Of a stretch of 64,000 bases of DNA, positions 18,016-27,014 are shown piece by piece. Source of the DNA: Dehalococcoidia bacterium (GTDB lineage: Bacteria > Chloroflexota > Dehalococcoidia > Plut-88900); the NCBI GenBank assembly GCA_965249275.1, contig CBDFLQ010000007.1, positions 448,001 to 512,000 of the forward strand, read 5' to 3'. The position numbers and the translations under genes are program-made. Positions within the stretch are counted from its first letter, which is position 1; the number at the start of each line of letters is the position of its first letter. The notes below the pieces were generated by a model, which saw nothing but the letters and a program-made list of their open reading frames with translations, was not told where the DNA came from and did not search any database.

Positions 18016-19419
18016 GTGCTGAAATATCTAAAAGCGGTCACGTCGAGCCTAGAGGTCCCATCTCCCAGCGGGGCGGCGACTCCGAAAGGGGTCGCGGTCT
18101 CGGGTGGGGTAATCATAGTAATTGCCCTCCTGGCTCTAATGCTGGCCCTTGACCCGGGCCGCTTTGGCCAGACCTTCCTCAACGGACTAACGTCGGCGTC
18201 CATATACGGGATCATGGCTATCGGGTTTTCTCTTCAATATTCGACTGTCTGGTACTTCGACCTCTCCTACGCGGCTATGTCCACCACCGCCGCGTACACC
18301 ATTCTGCATTTCCACTCCTCCAGCACGCGAGACCCGAGCCTTGTATTCAGCAGCTTGATAGGGCTTCTGATTGCGGTAGTCGTCATCTGGACTCTGTATG
18401 CATGGGTCTATCCCAGATTCCGGCATCGACTGCCTAAACGGGCGGCCTTACCCCTCGGGACGGTGATCTCCGTGGCGTTGGGGATTTACACGGGCATTAT
18501 GTTTGCCAACCCCGAAGAGTTGAACGTGTTTATCAGCCCACTGATCGGGGCCTTGACGGCCGGTGCCGTCATTGCGCTGCTTACGGGTTTGCTATATTCA
18601 CGGGTAAGCGAGCGAAAGTCGACCGTATTAAATTCCGCTTTTGTGCTTGTCACTGCCATAGTCGCTGCAGTTCTTGGCGTAGTGGCCGGCTGGATCTTGT
18701 CAGGGACTCCCGAAGCTAACCTCACTCTTAGCGCAGCACTGGGCATATTCGTGGTCGGGTGCATGAGCCTGGTACTCTATCGGGGGATTTTCTTCTATCT
18801 GCGGAGGCGTGCACGCTCCCCGATGATCATGCTGGTGGCATCTCTAGGCGTCATGATTACGCTGATCGCCCTGGTGGTTATACTGTTCACCGCCCAGGCC
18901 CACGACTTGCCGGATCCCCTCGGGACGGCACCAATCCAAATGCTCGGTGGCTACGTAAAAGGCTTCCGAATTTTCATGTGGGGCGCAGTCCTAGCAGTAT
19001 TTGCCGTGGTCTCTCTACTGGTGAACAAGACCAAATGGGGCAAGACCGTTCGCGCAATCAGCGATGACGAGGAAGTCGCTATGGTGGTGGGGATAAACAC
19101 GTCTCTGGTAATAGCCAGCGTCTTTTTCCTGGGGGCCGCCATCTTTGGATTTTCGGGAGTACTCATGGGCCTCGATACTGCTATCAGGCCTACGATGGGT
19201 TTCATAGCTCTCCTAAAAGGTTGGATCGCGGCTACTATCGGAGGGTTGGGCAATCTCAAAGGGGCTATAGTGGGCGCGTTGTTCCTTGGGATGATCGAGA
19301 ACTTCGGCGTGTGGTGGATTGCGTCTGACTGGAAAGACGCCGTCGCATTTATCGTGCTGATACTGTTCCTGTTGTACCGGCCAGGTGGCCTTCTGAAAAG
19401 CAAGCAGGGCAGAACATGA
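18016..19419 (+). CDS. LivH-type ABC permease with extra TM segments (copy 1)
   Basis: NGLTSASIYGIMAIGFSL, TKWGKTVRAISDD, GGLGNLKGA, YRPGGL. Confidence 0.88.
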   Translation: MLKYLKAVTSSLEVPSPSGAATPKGVAVSGGVIIVIALLALMLALDPGRFGQTFLNGLTSASIYGIMAIGFSLQYSTVWYFDLSYAAMSTTAAYTILHFHSSSTRDPSLVFSSLIGLLIAVVVIWTLYAWVYPRFRHRLPKRAALPLGTVISVALGIYTGIMFANPEELNVFISPLIGALTAGAVIALLTGLLYSRVSERKSTVLNSAFVLVTAIVAAVLGVVAGWILSGTPEANLTLSAALGIFVVGCMSLVLYRGIFFYLRRRARSPMIMLVASLGVMITLIALVVILFTAQAHDLPDPLGTAPIQMLGGYVKGFRIFMWGAVLAVFAVVSLLVNKTKWGKTVRAISDDEEVAMVVGINTSLVIASVFFLGAAIFGFSGVLMGLDTAIRPTMGFIALLKGWIAATIGGLGNLKGAIVGALFLGMIENFGVWWIASDWKDAVAFIVLILFLLYRPGGLLKSKQGRT

Positions 19420-20423
19420 CACCGGCTACTAAGTTTCTAAAAGAGAATTTCGAGATGGTGATCACGCTCGTCATAATCGGCGCAGCGATCGCCTTCATGC
19501 TTTCCCAGGGGGTCCGGTTCACTATCGTAACGGGGACAATCATTGGCATTTTCGCCATCCTGGGGGTCGGTCTTAATCTCGTCATCGGATACACCGGGCT
19601 CTTGTCGGTGGCACACATAGGGTTCTTCGGAATCGGGGCCTATATAATCGCGATATTGACCACTAACCCAAACATCGAGCCCCCGAAGTCAATAGGCGTC
19701 ATTCCGTCCATTGGGCTGAGTTGGTTTGTGGCTTTGCCAGTGGCGATAATCCTCACGGGGATCGTGGCTCTGCTGGCGGGATTCGTGCTGAACCGGTTCC
19801 GGGACGACATATTTACGTTAACTTCTTTCGGGTTTGCCGTAATTGCACTCGGGGTGTTTAGGAATTGGCTTCCCGTCACCCGGGGCCCTTTCGGAATCAG
19901 GGAGATTGCCAAACCGTCCATCGGGATCTGGGAGTTTAACGAGCCATGGGAATATCTGGTGATTGTGGGATTCTTCTTGGCCGTCGTCCTTGCCATATGC
20001 TGGCTCATTGTCAACTCATCATTCGGTAGGGTCCTTACGGCGATCCGCGAAGACGAGCAGGCTATCGAGGTGTTTGGCTACAAGGCTACTTACTACAAGC
20101 TGGCCGTTTGGGTAATATCCGCTATGATTGCCGCTCTGGCGGGGGCTCTATTAGCAGGTCTCATCGAGTTCATAGAGCCTCCTTCATTCACCCTGTTGGA
20201 CTCAATCCTGATCGTTTCCATCGTAATAATCGGGGGGCTGGCCAGTTTATGGGGGTCGGTGCTGGGAGCGACCGTATTTGTCCTATTGGAAGAGGGCATG
20301 CGATTCGTACCGGGGCTGCCGGTAGGCATTGAAGGTCAAGCCCGTTGGGCGTTCTTGGGCCTCTTACTGATCGTACTGATGCTCTTCAGACCCCAGGGTC
20401 TGGTTGGGAGATATAAGCTTTGA
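19416..20423 (+). CDS. LivM-type ABC permease (copy 1)
   Basis: LNLVIGYTGLLSVAH, SSFGRVLTAIREDE, FRPQGLVG. Confidence 0.9.
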   Translation: MTPATKFLKENFEMVITLVIIGAAIAFMLSQGVRFTIVTGTIIGIFAILGVGLNLVIGYTGLLSVAHIGFFGIGAYIIAILTTNPNIEPPKSIGVIPSIGLSWFVALPVAIILTGIVALLAGFVLNRFRDDIFTLTSFGFAVIALGVFRNWLPVTRGPFGIREIAKPSIGIWEFNEPWEYLVIVGFFLAVVLAICWLIVNSSFGRVLTAIREDEQAIEVFGYKATYYKLAVWVISAMIAALAGALLAGLIEFIEPPSFTLLDSILIVSIVIIGGLASLWGSVLGATVFVLLEEGMRFVPGLPVGIEGQARWAFLGLLLIVLMLFRPQGLVGRYKL

Positions 20424-20581
20424 CTACTTCCATCCCAGATACCCGCGGCCACGACACGCTGGCAACCGACCAGCTTTCCAAGCACTTCGGTGTTGCCCGC
20501 ACCGCCGACATCGAGACCATCCGCACTGTCGGGATCCACGGGCCAGTCGAGCTCCACGTGGTCATCCTGGACGAGGCCTAA
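20420..20581 (+). pseudogene. In-frame chimeric mini-ORF (livG N-terminus fused to lutC C-terminus) at a tandem duplication junction
   Basis: Manual translation MTTSIPDTRGHDTLATDQLSKHFGVAR-TADIETIRTVGIHGPVELHVVILDEA*; first half matches 24476 onward, second half matches 16501-16580. Confidence 0.85.
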
Positions 20582-20612
20582 TACCCACCATATTTCTCAG
20601 GTCAATTAGTAT

Positions 20613-20641
20613 TTGACTAGTCAGGGCTGAATCGCTATATT
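20613..20641 (+). promoter_or_regulatory. Sigma70 promoter of liv copy 2
   Basis: TTGACT-N17-TATATT. Confidence 0.75.
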
Positions 20642-20702
20642 GCAGCTTACAGTCCCGTCCTGCGACCCGGTGGGTATAGGATCAGTTGTAAGGAGGGTGT
20701 GT

Positions 20703-21893
20703 ATGCGAGTTCAGAAGAAGACCTTGCTGTTCCTGCTGGGACTGTTGACAGTCCTGGCTGTCGTGGCCCTGGCATGTGGAGGTGGTGATGGGGAGGACGA
20801 CGAGGGCCCCTTCAGGGTTGGCGTCATGGAATCCGTTACGGGTGCCGGCGAAACCTACGGCGTGATGGCCGTGCAGGCCAAGCAGATGGCCGTCGACGAG
20901 ATCAACGAGGCCGGCGGCATCAACGGCCGCATGCTCGAGATCATCGTCGAGGACGAAAAGTGCAACGCCCAGGACTCCATCACCGCCTATAAAAAACTCA
21001 CCGAAGTTGATGGCGTGAAGATTATCCTGGGCACCTCTTGCAGCGGAGCAATGCTCGGCGCAGCCCCATTGGCCGAAGAGGATGGCGTCGTCATATTCTC
21101 CGGCCTGGCCACCAACCCCGATATCGCCGACGCCGGGGACTACATCTTCAGGACCTCTTTGAACGACGCCCTGGTCGGCATCGACACCGGCAATGCGATG
21201 TGGGTGGACGGCCACCGTACAATGGCCACCATTACCGAGAACACTGACTACGCAGAAGGCGTGCGACGCACGACCGTGGACAGGTTCGAGGAGCTTGGCG
21301 GCTCCGTCGTTGCGGAGGAGCACTACGCCTCCGACGTAACCGACTTCAGGACCCAGTTGACTAAAATTATCGGCGAGGAACCCGACGCCCTGCATGTCTC
21401 CGCTCAGTCCGAGTTCACCGGCGGCACCATAATCAAGCAGGTCCGGGAGCTTGGCTGGGAAGGCCCCATCTATGCCGAGATCGTGGCCGTCGGCCCCACC
21501 GCCCAGGAGATCGCAGGTGATGCGATCACCGGAGCAAAGGGCATAGCCGCCGCGGGCTTGGACCCGTCCAACACCAAGGCCGTGGAAGTCCTCCAGAACT
21601 TCCAGGAGCGCTACGAATACATCGTCTTCCCCTGGTATCTCGGATCCGCCTACGACGACGTCTACATCACCGCCGAGTGCCTCAAGCAGACCAATGACGA
21701 CCAGGACGCCGACGGTTTCAGGGACTGCCTCTACGACATCACCTGGAGCGGCACCATCGGAGAAAACTACAGCTTCGACGAAAAGGGCGAAGTCGAGGGC
21801 CTCTCTAACGTCGTCGTTGAAATCCTGCCCGTGAGCGAGAGGACGACGGACAACCAGGGCTTCAAAATCCTCGGTCCTGCGCCCATTCCCTAG
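20703..21893 (+). CDS. Branched-chain amino acid type ABC transporter substrate-binding lipoprotein (copy 2)
   Basis: ALACG lipobox; AVDEINEAGGINGR, EDEKC, GDYIFRT; AAGGAGG RBS. Confidence 0.92.
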   Translation: MRVQKKTLLFLLGLLTVLAVVALACGGGDGEDDEGPFRVGVMESVTGAGETYGVMAVQAKQMAVDEINEAGGINGRMLEIIVEDEKCNAQDSITAYKKLTEVDGVKIILGTSCSGAMLGAAPLAEEDGVVIFSGLATNPDIADAGDYIFRTSLNDALVGIDTGNAMWVDGHRTMATITENTDYAEGVRRTTVDRFEELGGSVVAEEHYASDVTDFRTQLTKIIGEEPDALHVSAQSEFTGGTIIKQVRELGWEGPIYAEIVAVGPTAQEIAGDAITGAKGIAAAGLDPSNTKAVEVLQNFQERYEYIVFPWYLGSAYDDVYITAECLKQTNDDQDADGFRDCLYDITWSGTIGENYSFDEKGEVEGLSNVVVEILPVSERTTDNQGFKILGPAPIP

Positions 21894-22022
21894 ACCCGAA
21901 CAAGACTTAGCGTTGGGTGGTCGGCCCAAACCGGGCCGGCCGCCCGTCCCAACATAGTCCCTGGCCCTGCTCCCCTGGCCCTCCGTGGTAGGGAGATTCT
22001 CAATTGATCAGCAGGTGAAAAA

Positions 22023-23408
22023 TTGATCAGGCAACGCGAAGGCGAGTCCCGGCTTCCCAGGCTCTCCCAGTACTCCGGCAGCCAGATCCTCGCCGTAGTT
22101 CTTACCGTTGTCCTCATAGGCTACATCAGCTGGAAGATCAGCGAATCGGCTGACCAGGCCCTGCAATTCGCATTCAACGGCGCATCCGTGGGCGCCATAT
22201 ATGCTCTCCTCGCCATCGGCTTCACCCTCGTCTATAGCACAGTCTGGTTTTTCGATCTCTATTACGGCGCTGCCGCTGCCATCGGCGCATACGGCGTTTT
22301 CTACCTTAGGTCCAAAGACGCCCTCCAGGTCGGGCAGTTCGAAGTCAACGATATGTACGTTAACGTCGTATTCGCCCTCGTGGTGGCCGGCGTGGCCGGA
22401 TGGGGCTTCCAGGCAGGCCTCAGGCAGCACATCGCTGCCCGCATAGGTCGGAGGGGTGGACTTATAGTCCTGGCCTTGACCGCCGCGGCGGCCGGCAGCT
22501 ATGCCGGCTTCATCCTCAACAATCCGGACGAATTGAACGTCGTCGTAAGCCCCGCCGTCGGGGCCCTGACCGGCATCGTTGCTTTCTGGGCCGCCAACAG
22601 TGTCATCGGAAGCCGCGTCCCGGAAGGCTCCCGGATGCCCTTCATCGTCCTTGCCGCAATAGGCTCGGCTGCTCTGAGTGCATACTGCGGCCTTCTCACG
22701 TCTCAGGCCTCCGGTTCAAGCCTGTATCTCAGCTGGGGCGTCTCCTGCCTGCTAGCCGGATCGGTCAGCTTGGCCCTGTATCGCGGCCTATACTTATACA
22801 TGCGCCGCCGAGCCCGGTCTCCATTGATAATGCTGGTGGCATCCCTGGGTGTACTGCTCGCTCTAACTGCATTCACAACCATCATCTTTCAGTCCGCTCC
22901 CCGCCCCCTCCCCGAGGCTTTTGGCAGCACTCCATGGCAGATCTTCGGCGCATACATCAAACCCTTCAACGTCTTCTCCATCGGTGTCGCCATCGTTGGA
23001 TTTATGGCGCTGATCCTCTTTCTTAGGAAGACCTCTTTCGGAAAGGCCGTGCGGGCCATAGGTGACGACGAAGAGGTGTCCAAAGTTGTTGGGATAAACA
23101 CCACCGTCGTCATCGCTATCGTATTCTTCATTGGGGCTATGTATGCCTCGCTGGCCGGCATACTGAATGGCCATGACACGGCAATACAGCCTCGCATGGG
23201 TCTGCTCCTGCTCCTGAAGGGCTGGATCGCATCCGTAATCGGCGGCATCGGCAACTTGTACGGGGCAATTGTCGGCGGTTTCGTCCTGGGTATGATCGAA
23301 CAGTTCGGCATCTGGGACCTCGCCGGCGAGTGGAAAGACGCCATTTCTTTCATTCTTCTCATCCTGTTCCTGGCCTTCTGGCCCAAGGGCCTAATCCCCA
23401 GGAAATAA
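22023..23408 (+). CDS. livH: LivH-type ABC permease with extra TM segments (copy 2)
   Basis: GAIYALLAIGFTLVY, TSFGKAVRAIGDD, GGIGNLYGA, WPKGL. Confidence 0.88.
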   Translation: MIRQREGESRLPRLSQYSGSQILAVVLTVVLIGYISWKISESADQALQFAFNGASVGAIYALLAIGFTLVYSTVWFFDLYYGAAAAIGAYGVFYLRSKDALQVGQFEVNDMYVNVVFALVVAGVAGWGFQAGLRQHIAARIGRRGGLIVLALTAAAAGSYAGFILNNPDELNVVVSPAVGALTGIVAFWAANSVIGSRVPEGSRMPFIVLAAIGSAALSAYCGLLTSQASGSSLYLSWGVSCLLAGSVSLALYRGLYLYMRRRARSPLIMLVASLGVLLALTAFTTIIFQSAPRPLPEAFGSTPWQIFGAYIKPFNVFSIGVAIVGFMALILFLRKTSFGKAVRAIGDDEEVSKVVGINTTVVIAIVFFIGAMYASLAGILNGHDTAIQPRMGLLLLLKGWIASVIGGIGNLYGAIVGGFVLGMIEQFGIWDLAGEWKDAISFILLILFLAFWPKGLIPRK

Positions 23409-23411
23409 CTC

Positions 23412-24479
23412 ATGGCTATGGAGTTACAGGCAGAATCTGAAGTCCGCATCGGCGTCGCCGATGTGCTCCGCGACCCTAGACTGCTCATTCGCGGAGCCAG
23501 GTCTAACCTCGAGATCTGGGCCAACCTGATCGTAATACTCTGGGCCGTCGCGTTCATGCTCTGGCAGGGGACCGGCTTCGCCGTCACCATCGCTACTGTT
23601 TTTGCCATCTGGGCGATACTCGCCGTTAGCCTTAATCTGGTGGTCGGGTTTGCAGGTCTCCTTTCGGTGGCCCACATCGGGTTCTTCGGCATCGGCGCCT
23701 ACACTGTAGCCATCCTGACCTCGGACCAGGATTACGAGCAGCTCCGCACCCAGACGCTTCCTACTTTCGATTTCCCCTTCTTTGCAGCTCTCCCCATCGC
23801 TGTGGTTATCGCGGGTCTCGTTGCAATCATTGTCGGAACGGTATTCAACCGCTTCCGAGACGACATTTTCGTTCTCGTGTCCTTTGGCTTCGCCATCATC
23901 GCCTTCAACGTGTTTCTCAACTTGCGCCCCGTGACCCGAGGCGCATTCGGAATCCACCAAATCGCCCGGCCCGCCATCGGAGGCTGGGTTTTCGACGGCG
24001 ATTTCGAATTCCTGCTTCTATCTCTTGTAATACTGGCCCTCGTCATGCTCGTCTCCTGGTTCATCGTCTCCTCATCCTTCGGACGCGTTTTGACCGCCAT
24101 CCGCGAGGATCAACAGGCCATCGAAGTATTCGGCTATCGCGTCACCTTCTACAAGCTGGCAATCTGGGTCATCTCCGCCATGATGGCGGCCCTCGCCGGC
24201 GGCCTGTTCTCAAGCTGGACAAGCTTCATCGACCCCAACTCCTTCATACTCCTTGAGTCGATCCTCATGGTATCCATCGTCATTCTCGGCGGCTTGGCCA
24301 CCATCTGGGGGTCCCTGCTGGGCGCAATGGTCTTCGTCCTACTTGAAGAGGGCATGCGATTCCTTCCCTTCCTCCCCACCGAGTACATAGGTCAGGCCCG
24401 ACAGATCGTCCTGGGAGTCCTTCTCGTTCTCCTAATGCTCTTCAGGCCACAGGGCCTGGTTGGGAGATACAAGCTTTGA
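23412..24479 (+). CDS. livM: LivM-type ABC permease (copy 2)
   Basis: SLNLVVGFAGLLSVAH, SSFGRVLTAIRED, FRPQGLVG. Confidence 0.9.
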   Translation: MAMELQAESEVRIGVADVLRDPRLLIRGARSNLEIWANLIVILWAVAFMLWQGTGFAVTIATVFAIWAILAVSLNLVVGFAGLLSVAHIGFFGIGAYTVAILTSDQDYEQLRTQTLPTFDFPFFAALPIAVVIAGLVAIIVGTVFNRFRDDIFVLVSFGFAIIAFNVFLNLRPVTRGAFGIHQIARPAIGGWVFDGDFEFLLLSLVILALVMLVSWFIVSSSFGRVLTAIREDQQAIEVFGYRVTFYKLAIWVISAMMAALAGGLFSSWTSFIDPNSFILLESILMVSIVILGGLATIWGSLLGAMVFVLLEEGMRFLPFLPTEYIGQARQIVLGVLLVLLMLFRPQGLVGRYKL

Positions 24480-25237
24480 CCACATCCACGCCTGAAGCTC
24501 AAGAACCGTCCATCCTGGCAACCGATGAGGTTTCCAAGCACTTCGGTGCTGTCCGGGCCGTCGACAGGCTATCCATATCCATCCCAGGCACGGGCGTGAC
24601 CAGTATCGTAGGGCCCAACGGCTCGGGGAAGTCCACCCTCGTTAATCTCCTCTCCGGCACCCTCCCCCTCGACGGCGGCATGGTCATTATCGATGGCAAG
24701 GGCCTCAAAGTCGTTCACGCCTTCGAGACTCCTGACCACGGTCTTACCCGCACTTTCCAGGAAGTTCGCCTCTTCGACCAGATCACCGTTTGGGACAACA
24801 TCATGGTCGTCATGACCAGCCGGCCCTGGCTGCCCGCCTTATTCGAACGTGCCAAGCCTGACTATAAGAAGAAGGCCCAGCAGATACTCGAAAATGTCGG
24901 CATGTGGGAGAAGCGCCGCGCCCTCGCTATGAACCTCTCCTACGGCCAGCGCAAACTCCTGGAAATCGGCCGCGCCATGGCCATGGACGTCAAGGTCTAC
25001 CTCTTCGACGAGCCCTTCGCCGGCCTCTTCCCCCAAATGCTCGAACGGGTGAAGGAGATCATGAAGCAGATGCGGGACCAGGACCACACAATTGTCTTCA
25101 TCTCCCATAACATGGACATCGTACGCGAGCTCTCAGACCACATTTTCGTCCTGGACAGCGGCACCCTTTTAGCCGAAGGGGAGGTCGAGGACGTCCTGAA
25201 CCGCCCCGAGGTTATAGAGGCTTACCTGGGTGACTAA
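24476..25237 (+). CDS. livG: ABC ATPase, LivG type
   Basis: GPNGSGKST, RTFQ, LSYGQRKLLE, DEPFAG, EVIEAYLG. Confidence 0.93.
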   Translation: MTTSTPEAQEPSILATDEVSKHFGAVRAVDRLSISIPGTGVTSIVGPNGSGKSTLVNLLSGTLPLDGGMVIIDGKGLKVVHAFETPDHGLTRTFQEVRLFDQITVWDNIMVVMTSRPWLPALFERAKPDYKKKAQQILENVGMWEKRRALAMNLSYGQRKLLEIGRAMAMDVKVYLFDEPFAGLFPQMLERVKEIMKQMRDQDHTIVFISHNMDIVRELSDHIFVLDSGTLLAEGEVEDVLNRPEVIEAYLGD

Positions 25238-25258
25238 CCCCGTGAGGATAATGCCCTG

Positions 25259-25999
25259 ATGGAAGCGAAAAACGGCAACGGCGAAATGAGGCTTCTGGAG
25301 CTCGTGGACATCTCCGTCCACTATGGCGCCGTCATAGCCCTGGACCAGGCATCCCTCGGCGTAGAGAGAGGCGAAGTCGTAGCTGTCATGGGCCCCAACG
25401 GCGCAGGGAAATCGACCGTACTGCGCGCCATCATGGGTCTGGCGCCCGTGGTCGGAGGGAAGGTTTACTGGCAGCAAAGCCTCCTCCAGGCCGAGACCCA
25501 TGAGATCGTCAAAGAGGGTATCGCCTTCGTACCCCAGGGCCGGCGGGTCTTCACTCACCTCACCATTGAAGAAAACCTCGAAATGGGCTGCCTCTATCTC
25601 AACAGCAGCGCCGAGAAACGCCGCCGTATCGACGGGGTAATGGAGTTATTCCCGATTCTCCACGAGAAGCGCAAGGACTATGCCAGCCAGATGTCGGGAG
25701 GTCAGCAGCAGATGCTGGCCCTCGGCCGGGGCCTCATGGCCGACCCCGAAGTCCTCCTCTTGGACGAGCCGACCCTCGGCCTCGCTCCCATCGTAGTCAA
25801 AGAGGTCTTCCAGAAGGTCTCCGAGATCAGCGAAAAGCTCGGCACCACGATATTTGTCGTTGAGCACAACATCAAGGGAGTTCTGGACATCGTGAACCGG
25901 GCCTATGTCCTCGACAAGGGCCAGGTCGTCCACGATGGCACACCGCAGTCGGTGCGAGACACGGACATCCTGACCAAGGTCTTCTTGGGCGCAGCGTAG
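25259..25999 (+). CDS. livF: ABC ATPase, LivF type
   Basis: GPNGAGKST, VPQGRRVF, MSGGQQQMLA, DEPTLGLAP. Confidence 0.93.
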   Translation: MEAKNGNGEMRLLELVDISVHYGAVIALDQASLGVERGEVVAVMGPNGAGKSTVLRAIMGLAPVVGGKVYWQQSLLQAETHEIVKEGIAFVPQGRRVFTHLTIEENLEMGCLYLNSSAEKRRRIDGVMELFPILHEKRKDYASQMSGGQQQMLALGRGLMADPEVLLLDEPTLGLAPIVVKEVFQKVSEISEKLGTTIFVVEHNIKGVLDIVNRAYVLDKGQVVHDGTPQSVRDTDILTKVFLGAA

Positions 26000-26165
26000 C
26001 CTGATATTTAGAGAAGTACTCAAGCTGCCATCCAGTTTCCCTAGTTCCGAGCGTCTGATTGCACACACTCTTTCGAGTAGATAGGTCTCGCAACACGACC
26101 TATTTACCTGAGCACGAGATTGTGCTTATCTACTTGCTACCCCCTACACAGGCAGAAGGCTAATC

Positions 26166-26954
26166 ATGCCCGCGTTCGCTCTCGTGGTTAACAATACGGA
26201 CGAGATTCTCCTGATTCAACGTGCCGACGGCAAAAATAGAGGGCTATGGAGTCTTCCAGGGGGGAAAAGGGACGCAGGCGAGAACTTAAGGGAGACTGCG
26301 GTCAGGGAAACCTTTGAGGAAACAGGTATTAGAATAGCTATAGTCGGTCTGTACCATAGCAGTAAGAGATATAACTTTGAGATATGGCGTGGTAGACCTA
26401 TAGGTGGTCGCTTGAAAGTTCAGGAAAAAGAATGCCTTGATGCCAAGTGGATCCCCAAAGACATGCTTCCACACGACGATAATCTCGCATTTGGCCCAGA
26501 CAAAAGAGCCTTAGGGAAATGGGCAGCCGAGCATACGGGTAGTCGACGGGTTTACTATCCTGGCTTAAAAATGGTTCGATCAGGATTCACCCTTATAACA
26601 AATCTCCAGAATGAGGTGTTACTTATTCAACGCAGGGCGGGCAAAAGAGCAGGCAAATGGAGCCTACCGGGGGGTAACGCCGGACACGGACGAACTCGAC
26701 TAACGGCTGCCATAGGGGAGACCAAGAAGGCCATTGGAGCCGTATTTTTGCCGGACCGTCTGTACTACAGGAATAGGCACCGAGTCAAAATATGGCTGGG
26801 GAAAATCCAGCCACCCGTTCCAAAGCACCTAAATGGCAGTTGGTTTCCTTTAGACCAGTTGCCTGACGATGACAGTTTAGGTTTCGCGATCGATGTCAGG
26901 ACTATAGAGAAGTGGGCATCTGAGAACGACGGAAGCGGCCGCGCTTACTACTAG
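26166..26954 (+). CDS. Tandem NUDIX-domain protein
   Basis: Intact Nudix box GGKRDAGENLRETAVRETFEETG; second WSLPGG repeat with a degenerate box. Confidence 0.85.
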   Translation: MPAFALVVNNTDEILLIQRADGKNRGLWSLPGGKRDAGENLRETAVRETFEETGIRIAIVGLYHSSKRYNFEIWRGRPIGGRLKVQEKECLDAKWIPKDMLPHDDNLAFGPDKRALGKWAAEHTGSRRVYYPGLKMVRSGFTLITNLQNEVLLIQRRAGKRAGKWSLPGGNAGHGRTRLTAAIGETKKAIGAVFLPDRLYYRNRHRVKIWLGKIQPPVPKHLNGSWFPLDQLPDDDSLGFAIDVRTIEKWASENDGSGRAYY

Positions 26955-27014
26955 TAGTATTTGGGCTTATGAGCTTGTACAACTCGCGCCCTGTCTAATG
27001 CCGTCTAGTTCCCC

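Noticed and set aside
20682-21929. Long antisense ORFs opposite real genes (also 27438-28868, 38413-39606, 55727-57106, 59839-60930)
   Set aside because: Expected in high-GC DNA; each overlaps a motif-supported gene on the other strand
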